Assembly (NCBI GenBank): GCA_036012755.1
Contig: DASCPX010000137.1
Coordinates: forward strand, 32,001-96,000
Reading direction: 5' to 3'
Source: Myxococcota bacterium
GTDB taxonomy: Bacteria; Myxococcota_A; UBA796; CAJQPC01
Length of the DNA stretch: 64,000 nt
The position numbers and the translations under genes are program-made. Shown piece by piece: positions 35,397-44,098 of this stretch. Within the stretch, counting starts at the first letter, position 1. Each line of letters starts with the position of its first letter. The notes beneath the pieces are model-generated. The model was not told the DNA's origin and searched no databases. It worked only from the letters and a program-made list of their open reading frames with translations.

Positions 35397-37169
35397 TCAC
35401 TCCAGCGCCAGCTCGGGCATCGGCTTGAGCTCGTCGAGCAGACCCTCGGCGACGGGCCAGCCGACATCGGGCAGGATGACCTGGGAGCCGGCGACCCGCA
35501 CGGCGAGCCTGCCGAGGCCGTGCCAGCGCATGAAGGGACCCTGCACGAGGTGGACCGACTGGATCTTGTCGCGGGCCAGGACCCAGGTCCTGCGGCGCCA
35601 GAAGCCCCGTCGCGCGACGATGACCCCGGGGGTGACGAGCCAGCCCTGGTAGCGCCAGTCGAGCACGTTCGCGAAGATCGACAGCACAGGAAGAACCAGG
35701 GCGAAGGCGCCCCAGGGCTGCCAGAGCAGCGCCACCGGGATCGACAGCGCCGACCACTTCACGAGGCCAGCCACCAGCATGCGCCACAGGGCCCGACGAT
35801 GAGCCGGCGCGAGGCGGTCTCGCCAGGGATCGACCTCCGTCGCCGGGATGGCCGCGCGCACCACCGAGGCGAGCTCCACCCGGTCGACCATGGGCACGAC
35901 GAGCTCTGCGGCCTTTACGCCCTCTTGCACGGAGCCGAGGCCGGCGGTCTCCACCGAGAGCGTCCCGAAGCCCATCAGGCGTCGCACGATGGGCTCGTCG
36001 GCCATCACCAGCTGGACCTTCCCCAGCGGGATCTCGACTCGGCGCTCGGTGAGCAGGCCCTCGCGGGACCACAGGCGTCCAGGCTCGCGCACCAGGCGGA
36101 AGCCGTGGTGGCGCAGCACGGCGAGCAGCGCGGAGCCACCCCAGGACAGGGCGAAGGCCAGCAGCACCAGCCCGGCGACGAAGCCCGGGCGCGCCGTGTC
36201 GAAGGTCTGCTCGGTCTGCTCGGGGGTGAGGAAGGGGAGCAGCTCGAAGGCCACCGCGAAGAGCACCACCACCAGCCCTGCTCGAGCCCGGGACAGCCCG
36301 AACGCGAGCAGCTCGCCGGGGCCCAGCGTGAGCAGCGGCTCCAGCTCTTCCTCGTTCGGAGGGGGCGCGCCCGAGCCGCGGAGCTCGCCGAGCACCTCCA
36401 TCAGGCGCTCGGCGTCGTCCTCGTGCAGCGCCGAGAGCAAGCCCTCCGTGCGGGTGTCACCGGCGGTCTCGATGCGGACCTCGACCAGCCCGCTCATGCG
36501 GTGGAAGACGTTGCGGACGAGCTCCACGTTCTGGATGCGGGCCGGGTCGATGATGCGGGCCTGCTTGTTGAGCAGCCCCTGGCGGATCTCGAGCTTGCCG
36601 CCCTGGACCCGGTAGCGCAGCGTGACGTAGTGGATCAGCGTCGAGATGGCGCCGGAGCCCAGGAACAGCAGCACCCAGCCGAGGGTGTCGACGCCGATGC
36701 CGCTGAAGCTGCCGGCGCCGATGAGCACGGCGAGGAACAGGGGCCAGAAGCCGGCGAGCACCTTCCAGGTGCGGGGGATCAGGTTCACGACGATCGAGGC
36801 GGCGTGCAGGCCCTGCCAGGGCACCTCGAGGGCCTCTGGTTCGTCCAGCTCGATCTCGGCGATCTCCTCCGTGATGGGCTCGTCCAGCTCGACGGACGCG
36901 GGCTGCACCAGCATGTCGAAGACCTCTGTCGTGACGTCGGGCTTCCTCGTGATGACCACGACCTCCGGGTCGGAGAATTCCTCGAGGTGGACCTCGTCGT
37001 AGAGCTCCGTGGCCTCGTCGTCGACGGACTCCTCGGACTGGAGCTCCGCGGCGACCTCAGCGGCGAGGGCCTCCCACTCGGCGTCGTCGGGCCGCTTCGG
37101 CTTGCGGCCTTCCTTCCAGGTGACGGGACCCGGATCCGACGGGGTCTTCTCGTCGCGATCAGACCCCAT
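35397..37169 (-). CDS. Bacterial PH-domain membrane protein (YdbT-like)
   Basis: Three bPH_2-like units (RIQNV, KVQLV, KIQSV) separated by TM pairs. Confidence 0.85.
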   Translation of the reverse strand: MGSDRDEKTPSDPGPVTWKEGRKPKRPDDAEWEALAAEVAAELQSEESVDDEATELYDEVHLEEFSDPEVVVITRKPDVTTEVFDMLVQPASVELDEPITEEIAEIELDEPEALEVPWQGLHAASIVVNLIPRTWKVLAGFWPLFLAVLIGAGSFSGIGVDTLGWVLLFLGSGAISTLIHYVTLRYRVQGGKLEIRQGLLNKQARIIDPARIQNVELVRNVFHRMSGLVEVRIETAGDTRTEGLLSALHEDDAERLMEVLGELRGSGAPPPNEEELEPLLTLGPGELLAFGLSRARAGLVVVLFAVAFELLPFLTPEQTEQTFDTARPGFVAGLVLLAFALSWGGSALLAVLRHHGFRLVREPGRLWSREGLLTERRVEIPLGKVQLVMADEPIVRRLMGFGTLSVETAGLGSVQEGVKAAELVVPMVDRVELASVVRAAIPATEVDPWRDRLAPAHRRALWRMLVAGLVKWSALSIPVALLWQPWGAFALVLPVLSIFANVLDWRYQGWLVTPGVIVARRGFWRRRTWVLARDKIQSVHLVQGPFMRWHGLGRLAVRVAGSQVILPDVGWPVAEGLLDELKPMPELALE

Positions 37170-37626
37170 CGTCGCCCCCGCGTCGGGCGAGCTCGTCGCG
37201 GATGGCTTCTGCCATGTCGGTCGCGAGCCCCGGGATGGAGCCGTCAGCGGACATCCCCGCGGCGGTGAAGACGGCCACGCGGGACAGGCCGAAGAAGCGC
37301 TCGATGGGCCCCTGGCGCGTGTCGACGTGCTGGATGCGGTTGTGGGGAATCGACGAGCGCCGGCGGAAGAGCACCCCGCGCTGGACCAACAGGTCGTGCT
37401 CCCGGATGTCGTAGCGGTAGTGCTCGTACTGCAGCGTCGGCCACACGAGCGCGAGCACCACGAAGAAGGCGAGCAGCGCGCAGGAGACGACCACTCCCAC
37501 GGCGGCGCTGCTGATGGTCGCGACGCCGATCCCTGCCCCCACAGCCACCGGCGTCCAGAACAGCGCGAGCCGCACGACGGCCTGGGCGCGCCACAGCCAG
37601 GTGACCTTGGGATCGAGCGACTTCAC
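37159..37626 (-). CDS. Bacterial PH-domain membrane protein (YdbS-like)
   Basis: IPHNRIQHVDTRQGPIERFFGL...TAAG...IPGL. Confidence 0.88.
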   Translation of the reverse strand: MKSLDPKVTWLWRAQAVVRLALFWTPVAVGAGIGVATISSAAVGVVVSCALLAFFVVLALVWPTLQYEHYRYDIREHDLLVQRGVLFRRRSSIPHNRIQHVDTRQGPIERFFGLSRVAVFTAAGMSADGSIPGLATDMAEAIRDELARRGGDDGV

Positions 37627-37638
37627 CGAGGGCGCCTA

Positions 37639-38961
37639 TCACGGGCCCTTGCGCGAGGCTCCGAGGATGGGCTTGCCTTCTCCATCCACGTAGCCCAGCG
37701 CCTCGAGCTGGTGCATGAGCTGGGGGTTCGCCGCGGTGCTGGCCTCGATCGCGCGCTGAGCCCTGTCTTCGAGGACCCAGGTGGTGACTGGCTCGACGTC
37801 GGTCGAGAACAAGAGCGGCTCACCGGGCCAGTCCTCTGCGGCTGGCAGGTCGAGGACGGCGTAGATGGTGGGTGCGATGTCGAGCACGCTGCCGCCAGGC
37901 AGCTCGCCTGGCTGGACTCCAGCGCCGACGAGGAGCACGGCGGCCTCGCGGCTGTGGCCGCCGCCGATGAGCGGGTACCTGGCGGCCGGCTTGAAGCCGT
38001 GGTCGCTGCAGACCAGCAGGGTCGTGGTCTCCAGGTCGACGACGTCCAGTACCCGCCCGAGCATGTCGTCGACGGCCCGGTAGTAGTCGGGCACGAAGCG
38101 CGAGCCGAGCTCGATGTCCGCGCCCGTGATCGGGGCTTCGCTGAAGGGCACGGCGCGGCGGGGGCTGCCGGCCATCTCCGCGAGGGCCTGCTCGGCGTGG
38201 AGCTGGGGCTCCAGCTCCAGCATCTTCTGGATCTCGGGATCCGAGTAGGGCCAGTAGAGGTGGCTCACCTGGTCGATGCCGTTGACGTAGAGCATGCCGA
38301 GGTCGGCGTCGCTCTCCGGCCACTGGTCCTCGAAGACCCGCATGTGCAGCTCGTCGCGCAGCAGGGGGTGGAAGGGCGCTCCATACTCGGCGACCTGGTA
38401 GGCGAGCTCGTGGGCCTCCAGCCAGTCGTCGGTGGGGAGGAGCTCCGCGGCCCTCGCCTCCAGCGCTGGCGGCGTCGCGAGGCCGACGAGATCCTCGTGC
38501 CGGTCCTTGCTGAAGCCCAGCAAGGGGTCGCCCGGGTCCTTGTTCATCGGGAATGACCAGACGAAGCGCTCGCTGAGCATCGCGCCCTCGATCGGCGAGG
38601 CGGGGAAGCTCATGAGCCAGCCGACGACCAGGCTCTTCTTGTCGTGGAGGGTGGCGACGTCCCAGATGCGCATGACGCGGACGTCGCTGGCGTCGTAGGC
38701 GTGGGTCCGTCCGTCCGTCCAGCCGCCGATTCCGTGGACCTCGCCCTCATACCCGCTGGCGATGCTGGTCCAGATGATCGGACTCATCACCGGCACCGTG
38801 GTCTCGACGGTGCCGCTGACCCCCTCTTCGCGCAGCCGCTGGAAGTTCGGGAGCTCGAGGCCCTCGACCATCGACCACTCGAGGCCGTCGATCCCGAAGA
38901 CGACCAGGCGACGATCCGGGCTCGAAGAGCAGCCGATCAGCGCGTAGAGGAGCGTGCCCAC
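37639..38961 (-). CDS. Alkaline phosphatase superfamily (phosphodiesterase-like) lipoprotein
   Basis: GIDG, SPIIWTSIASG, DQVSH, SDHGF, LEALGY motifs. Confidence 0.9.
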   Translation of the reverse strand: MGTLLYALIGCSSSPDRRLVVFGIDGLEWSMVEGLELPNFQRLREEGVSGTVETTVPVMSPIIWTSIASGYEGEVHGIGGWTDGRTHAYDASDVRVMRIWDVATLHDKKSLVVGWLMSFPASPIEGAMLSERFVWSFPMNKDPGDPLLGFSKDRHEDLVGLATPPALEARAAELLPTDDWLEAHELAYQVAEYGAPFHPLLRDELHMRVFEDQWPESDADLGMLYVNGIDQVSHLYWPYSDPEIQKMLELEPQLHAEQALAEMAGSPRRAVPFSEAPITGADIELGSRFVPDYYRAVDDMLGRVLDVVDLETTTLLVCSDHGFKPAARYPLIGGGHSREAAVLLVGAGVQPGELPGGSVLDIAPTIYAVLDLPAAEDWPGEPLLFSTDVEPVTTWVLEDRAQRAIEASTAANPQLMHQLEALGYVDGEGKPILGASRKGP

Positions 38962-38974
38962 GAAGGCGGGAGTA

Positions 38975-39196
38975 TCACCGGCAGCGTGCGGGTCGCTTGT
39001 GGGGAGGCAGGTTCTTGAGCTCGCCGCAGTGCACCGCGTGCTTGTGGAGGTGAGGATGCTTGTGGAGGTGGGGGTGCTTGTGACCGACGGTGACGACCAC
39101 CTTCGGCGCTGGCGCGACGATGGAGGCGGTGTGGTGATGCACGACGATCTGGGCGGCGTCGGCGTTGGAGCTGATCAAGGCGGCGAGGAGGAACAT
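38975..39196 (-). CDS. Small secreted His-rich protein (73 aa)
   Basis: GGAG RBS, signal-like start, HKHPHL tandem repeat. Confidence 0.6.
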   Translation of the reverse strand: MFLLAALISSNADAAQIVVHHHTASIVAPAPKVVVTVGHKHPHLHKHPHLHKHAVHCGELKNLPPHKRPARCR

Positions 39197-39246
39197 AGCG
39201 ACTCCGTCAGGAAGTGTTCGTGGCCTCAGACGGACGCCGGCGCGGT

Positions 39247-40053
39247 CTATTCGGTGATCGCGATCGTGTTCAGGAGCGGGAGCAGCTCGTCGCTGGTGCC
39301 CCAGCCGTCCGCGACGGTGAGCGTGCCCGCGGGCTCCCACCGGCTCGTGTACTCCTCGACGTCGTAGTGCATGACCCAGACCTGGTAGGGCCCCTCGCCC
39401 GGGAGGCTGTCCGCCTCGATCCGGAAGGCGAAGCCCTCGCTCTCTACGGGGAAGGTGTCGTAGGGGTCCAGGTACCAGAGCGCGGCGAGGTCTCCATCGA
39501 GGGTGTCGATCGGCGGCCAGAGCGCCTCGTCGACGAAGGTGGCCCGAGCGGGGCTCGCGTCGATGCCGAAGGGGGGCTTCATGTCGTCGGTGCCGAGGCT
39601 CACGTGCATGCCGCCGCCCAGGGCGACCTCCGCGGTCGTGGCGCCGATGTCGGCCCAGACCTTGTTGTCGGGGACGCTGACGTCGAGCTCCGCGTCGGCG
39701 GCGAAGGAGATGGGGAACAGCACGGTCGCGTAGTCATCGTCAGTGGGAAAGACGTCGAAGGAGTGGACGACGGGGGCGACCTCGGCTTGCGCGAAGGCGT
39801 AGCTCCCGTTGTTCTCGGTGTTGCCCGTGCGGCAGGAGGTCGCGCAGAGCTGCAGCCTGGCCTCCAGCGCTGCTCCGTCAGGTCCGGAGATGATCCCCGA
39901 GAGCTCCGCGGTCTGGACGTCTGTGTCTGTGTCGGTGTCGGTGTCGGCGTCGGTGTCCGCGTCGCCGTCGCCGTCGCCGTCGGTGTCACCTCCGCTGGAG
40001 TCGGTGTGGACATCGGTGCCGGCGCAACAGATGGCCAAGAGCAGGCTGGTCAT
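39247..40053 (-). CDS. Hypothetical lipoprotein with DT/DG linker
   Basis: AGGAG RBS, MTSLLLAIC, DTDADTD repeat. Confidence 0.8.
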   Translation of the reverse strand: MTSLLLAICCAGTDVHTDSSGGDTDGDGDGDADTDADTDTDTDTDVQTAELSGIISGPDGAALEARLQLCATSCRTGNTENNGSYAFAQAEVAPVVHSFDVFPTDDDYATVLFPISFAADAELDVSVPDNKVWADIGATTAEVALGGGMHVSLGTDDMKPPFGIDASPARATFVDEALWPPIDTLDGDLAALWYLDPYDTFPVESEGFAFRIEADSLPGEGPYQVWVMHYDVEEYTSRWEPAGTLTVADGWGTSDELLPLLNTIAITE

Positions 40054-40151
40054 CGGGCTCCTCCGTCCTGTTGATGCCAGTGGACGGCGATGGTCTTGGA
40101 ACATGATGCACCTTGCTGGCACCGGGCTGCTGCGCCGGCCCTTCTGCGTGC

Positions 40152-40859
40152 TCAGGGCCCCCACTCTGGCTCGTCGAGGTCGTCGATGCGGCGGAAGTCG
40201 CCGTCGCCGATCACGAGGTGGTCCAGGAGCCGGACACCGAGCACCTCCGCGGCGGCCCTCAGCCGCCTGGTGACGTCCAGGTCCGCGTCCGACGGCTCGG
40301 GATCTCCGCTGGGATGATTGTGAGCCACGATGACCGAGGCCGCGCCCAGCTGGATCGCGGGCCGCAGCACCTGGCGTGGATCCACGATGGTCGAGGCGTC
40401 GTTGCCGACACTTATTCGTCGACGCGCCAGCGGCCGCCCGCGGCGATCCAGGTAGAGGGCGTGGAGCTCCTCGACGTCGAGGTGTTCGAGCCCCTCGCGT
40501 AGGTGGAGCCAGGCGTCGTCGGGACTCGTGACGGTGCGATCCGGGCGGATCCGCGCTCGTGGCCTGGCCGCCAGCGCGCAGGCCGCGTGGATACGGATCG
40601 CGCGCGCCTCTCCGATGCCGTGGACCTCCGTCAGCGCGACCACCGGTGTCGTGGCGATGCCGCGGACGCCGCCGAAGCGATCGATCAGCTCGCCGGCGAC
40701 CTCTCGCGTTCCACGCCCACCGGCCATGGTCCCGAGGACCAGGGCCAACAGCTCCACGTCTCCGCAGTGGCTTCCGAGGATGTAGCGCTCGCGTGCTCCG
40801 AACATGGGCGGCCGCCGGTGCACGCTGCGTGCCAACGGGATCTCGCGCACTTGGGTCAT
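40152..40859 (-). CDS. radC: RadC family JAB-domain protein
   Basis: ELLALVLGT, HhH (GIGEARA), HNHPSGDPEPSDAD, LLDHLVIG. Confidence 0.95.
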   Translation of the reverse strand: MTQVREIPLARSVHRRPPMFGARERYILGSHCGDVELLALVLGTMAGGRGTREVAGELIDRFGGVRGIATTPVVALTEVHGIGEARAIRIHAACALAARPRARIRPDRTVTSPDDAWLHLREGLEHLDVEELHALYLDRRGRPLARRRISVGNDASTIVDPRQVLRPAIQLGAASVIVAHNHPSGDPEPSDADLDVTRRLRAAAEVLGVRLLDHLVIGDGDFRRIDDLDEPEWGP

Positions 40860-40934
40860 GGGGAGAGGGAATTCGACACCCCTGCCTTGGAACTCGACCC
40901 CCTCTCGTTCGCTACGCCCCCACCGCGGATTCCC

Positions 40935-41933
40935 TCACTTCTTGGAAACGGGCGCGATGACCTCGACGTAGACCCCGACCTTCTGTTCGGCGGAGTACAG
41001 CATCTTGTCGTTGTAGGAGGTCGAGTGGACCTCGCCCAGCTGCTGCAGCGCCATCGCGAAGCGCGTGACGTTCTCTTGCGGGAGCAGGATGCGCAGGCCG
41101 ATCTTGCTGGCGCCGTTGATGAGGGCGTCTTCGTCGACCTGTCGCCCGTTGGCGTCGGTGACGGTGCCGTCGAAGCGGTAGACGATGTTCAGCAGCTGGC
41201 GCAGGGAGTCCGGGTCCGTGACGTGGAGCTGCATCGACTGGCCGGCCTCGAGCTCGGTGTGGCGCTCGGGGTCCAGGGCCACGTCCTTCGCTTCGGCCGC
41301 CGGTGCGCTGGAGGTGGTGTCCAGCTGCACGATGCCGTCATCTGGGGCCACCTTGGTCGTGCCGACGCTGGCGGCTCGATCGTCCTTGGGCGCTTCGCCA
41401 CCGAGCACCACACCGGCCATCTCTTCGGCCCACCCCGACGGAGCGTCCTTCTTCGAGGTGGTGATCGGCTTGGTCTTCGTGGCCGCGACGACCTCTGGTT
41501 CCGGCGTGATCTCGGCGGTCCTCTCCGGCGCCTCTTCCGGCTCGGCGACCTCTGCGATCTGCACCGGCTCGGACACTGGGACCGGCGGCGGGTCGTCCAT
41601 CTTGCGGCCGACCAGGACCGCCACGAGGATGGCTGCCACGGCCACCGCGAGGCTCTCCATCGGCAGCGCCGTGAAGAAGCCACGGATCTTGAGCCAGAGG
41701 CCCCCTGGCATCGGCTCGTCAGCGACCTGTGCCATCAGCCTCGCGTGGAAGCCTGGCGGGGCCTGGGCCGGACCGTGCTCCCGCACGAAGTCGACGGTCG
41801 TCAACAGCCGCTCGTACTCCTCGCGCAGCTCGGGGCTCCGCTTCAGCGCAGCGTCGACCTCGCCTCGCTCGGAGGCAGAGAGCTCCCCGTCGATGTAGGC
41901 GGAGAGTCGTTCGCGGGCGAAGAATTCGTTCAT
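40935..41933 (-). CDS. Transmembrane anti-sigma factor (zf-HC2-like N-terminus lacking the metal ligands)
   Basis: ERLSAYIDGEL; single TM; directly downstream of an ECF sigma. Confidence 0.85.
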   Translation of the reverse strand: MNEFFARERLSAYIDGELSASERGEVDAALKRSPELREEYERLLTTVDFVREHGPAQAPPGFHARLMAQVADEPMPGGLWLKIRGFFTALPMESLAVAVAAILVAVLVGRKMDDPPPVPVSEPVQIAEVAEPEEAPERTAEITPEPEVVAATKTKPITTSKKDAPSGWAEEMAGVVLGGEAPKDDRAASVGTTKVAPDDGIVQLDTTSSAPAAEAKDVALDPERHTELEAGQSMQLHVTDPDSLRQLLNIVYRFDGTVTDANGRQVDEDALINGASKIGLRILLPQENVTRFAMALQQLGEVHSTSYNDKMLYSAEQKVGVYVEVIAPVSKK

Positions 41934-41936
41934 GGT

Positions 41937-42557
41937 TCAGACGACGTCTGCGATCGAGATTCGGCGGCCGAGTTTCCGCGCCAGCTCATGGCGAGCGCGA
42001 TGGAGCCTCGACTTCACAGTACCCTTCGGCAGTTCGAGGATGTTGGCGATCTCGTCGTAGCTCAGGTCCTCTACGTCGCGAAGCACGATGATCCTCCGCT
42101 GATCCTCATCGAGCGCTTCGAGCGCATCTTGAAGGAGCTTGGATGCTTCGGACTGGTTGGTGCGGGATTCCGTGCCCGGCCCTTCGTCGGCGTACTGACG
42201 CGCTGGACCGTCGTCGTTGTCGCGGGATCCATCGATCGAGTCGTGGCGGCCATGAGCTCGGCGACGACGGTAGAGATCGCGGTTCTTGCAGTGGTTCACC
42301 GTCACGCGGTAGACCCAGGTCGACAGCTGGGCGTCCCCGCGGAAGCGGGGCAGCGCCTTGAAGAGCGCCAGGAAGATGTCCTGAGCGACCTCTTCAGCGA
42401 TGGAACGAGAGCCCATCCACCGCAGGCACATGCTGAAGACCCGGTTCTGGTAGCGGCGCACCAGCTCCGAGTATGCGTCTCTGTCGCCTTCCTTGAACCT
42501 CCTGACGAGCTCCGCGTCCGATGGTCGAGAGACCATGCCGAAGAGCAGGGCGAGCAT
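41937..42557 (-). CDS. ECF RNA polymerase sigma-70 factor (RpoE/SigW-like)
   Basis: AEEVAQDIF, LSTWVYRVTVN, LSYDEIANIL..GTVKSRLHRAR. Confidence 0.95.
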   Translation of the reverse strand: MLALLFGMVSRPSDAELVRRFKEGDRDAYSELVRRYQNRVFSMCLRWMGSRSIAEEVAQDIFLALFKALPRFRGDAQLSTWVYRVTVNHCKNRDLYRRRRAHGRHDSIDGSRDNDDGPARQYADEGPGTESRTNQSEASKLLQDALEALDEDQRRIIVLRDVEDLSYDEIANILELPKGTVKSRLHRARHELARKLGRRISIADVV

Positions 42558-42581
42558 GGGTGGAGAGTGCCTCCGGTTGCC

Positions 42582-42609
42582 TCAGACTACGCCGCGGTCA
42601 GGAAGTTCC
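42582..42609 (-). promoter_or_regulatory. Sigma-E-type autoregulatory promoter GGAACTT-N16-TCTGA
   Basis: Canonical ECF -35/-10 elements upstream of the ECF gene; overlaps a TAGTCT box. Confidence 0.7.
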
Positions 42610-42627
42610 AGGGTTTCGGTCGAGGAC

Positions 42628-43086
42628 TCAGTCTCCGAGACTGGCGTCCTCTTCGTTCGATTCGCCCTCGCGTGCCAGGACGACGGGGGTGCCAGCCACG
42701 ATGCTCTCTTCGATCATCGAGATGGCGAGACGGGCGTTCGGGAAGATCGTCTTCTTGATACGAGCGCCCCGGAAGGTGCAGCCATCGATGTTCGCCTCGT
42801 CGAGGTCAGCGAAGTCGAGGATGCTCCTGTCGAAGGCGCAGTTCTTCAGGTTGGCGTGCCACATCGAGGCGCCCGAGAGGTTGGCCCCGACGAAGCTGCA
42901 CTGGCTCAGATCCGAGTCCGCCAGCTTCGTGTACGCGAGGTCCACGCCGTCGAAGTTGATGCCTGACAGATTCGTCCCACGGAGGTCCGCGTCGATCAGG
43001 GAGCGTCCACGCCTCAGGGCATCCAGCACCTGCTTCCGCGACATGCTCTGAGGAGCGAGGTCGTCCTCGCTCTTACGCCGCCGCAT
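42628..43086 (-). CDS. Pentapeptide repeat protein
   Basis: ADLRG/ANLSG/ADLDE repeats. Confidence 0.9.
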   Translation of the reverse strand: MRRRKSEDDLAPQSMSRKQVLDALRRGRSLIDADLRGTNLSGINFDGVDLAYTKLADSDLSQCSFVGANLSGASMWHANLKNCAFDRSILDFADLDEANIDGCTFRGARIKKTIFPNARLAISMIEESIVAGTPVVLAREGESNEEDASLGD

Positions 43087-43097
43087 TGCATTCGATC

Positions 43098-44084
43098 TCA
43101 TCTGCTCAGCTCCTTCCTGCCTGCTTGTACTCGCGCCTCGAGCGCAGTGACCAGCGGGCCGGAAAAGTCCAGACCCGAGAACTCCTGGATCAGGTGGAGA
43201 CCGCCAGGGTTCAAGGTGTTGATCTCGGAGACGCGTCCTCCGATGACGTCGATGCCCGCGAACCAGACACCCGCCGCTCGGAGATGGGGGTTCAACGCCT
43301 CGATCAGTCTGAAGTCCTCCGGTCCGGGTTCGTGGGGCTCTGGAACGCCGCCGCGCTTTAGGTTGTGGCGGAACTCCCCGGGAGCCCGTTGGCGAACGTA
43401 ACTACCGAGGATCTCCCCGTCCAACCACACCAGTCGCGTCTCTCCGAACTCGGCCTCGGGCAGGTATTCCTGCACGACCAGGTAGCCGTCGCCGATCCCG
43501 CGAGCGTGGTCCAGGGCGAGGTCGAGCTCTGCTGGCCGCTCCTTCGGGACGTAGGCGATCCCTCGTCCGCCTGAGGATCGGCCTGGCTTGACGACGGCGC
43601 CGCCGGGGAGCTCTCCGGCGAAGGCGTGGATGGTCGCCCGGCTGCGCGTGACCAGCGTCCGCGGGCGGGGCACCCCCTTCAGTGACGCCAGCCAGGCCTT
43701 GTGGGAGGTCCAGGTCACCATCTTCGGGGCGTTGAGGACGACCACGCCACCCTCTTCGGCGGCCATCGCGAACGAGAGCACCGCGGCGTCGATCGGGTTG
43801 ATCCGGACCAGCAAGGCGTCGAGACGGCAGACCTCGACGAAGCGCCGGCGCGCTTCTCGGGCGTGGAGCATGCGACAGAGCCGCGCCGGATCGATGTCTC
43901 CGTCCTGGTCCGTGTCGAAGGCGTGGGCCCGAGCGACGATGCGCCCGATCGGGTCGACCTCGAAGTCCCAGGGCTCGATGAAGCGCACCGAGTGCCCGCG
44001 TGCCAGCGCCGCATGGGCGATGTGCGCGGTCGTCCAGGTGGGCTCGACGTTCCGGGCTCGAGTGATGGCGATGCCGATTCGCGT
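43098..44084 (-). CDS. gshB: Glutathione synthetase-like ATP-grasp ligase; apparent ACG start
   Basis: RIGIAI...TT..IA..A..RGH N-domain; VQEYLP, GEFRHN, GIDVIG..EIN..NPGG. Confidence 0.7.
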   Translation of the reverse strand, partial: TRIGIAITRARNVEPTWTTAHIAHAALARGHSVRFIEPWDFEVDPIGRIVARAHAFDTDQDGDIDPARLCRMLHAREARRRFVEVCRLDALLVRINPIDAAVLSFAMAAEEGGVVVLNAPKMVTWTSHKAWLASLKGVPRPRTLVTRSRATIHAFAGELPGGAVVKPGRSSGGRGIAYVPKERPAELDLALDHARGIGDGYLVVQEYLPEAEFGETRLVWLDGEILGSYVRQRAPGEFRHNLKRGGVPEPHEPGPEDFRLIEALNPHLRAAGVWFAGIDVIGGRVSEINTLNPGGLHLIQEFSGLDFSGPLVTALEARVQAGRKELSR

Positions 44085-44098
44085 TGTAGTCTCCGACC

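Noticed and set aside
39915..39990. Short tandem repeats here and at 49567-49600 as contingency loci
   Set aside because: In-frame low-complexity DT/GDT linkers typical of these surface proteins
40152..40859. radC as a marker of an integrated element
   Set aside because: Full-length chromosomal-type radC with no integrase or att sites nearby
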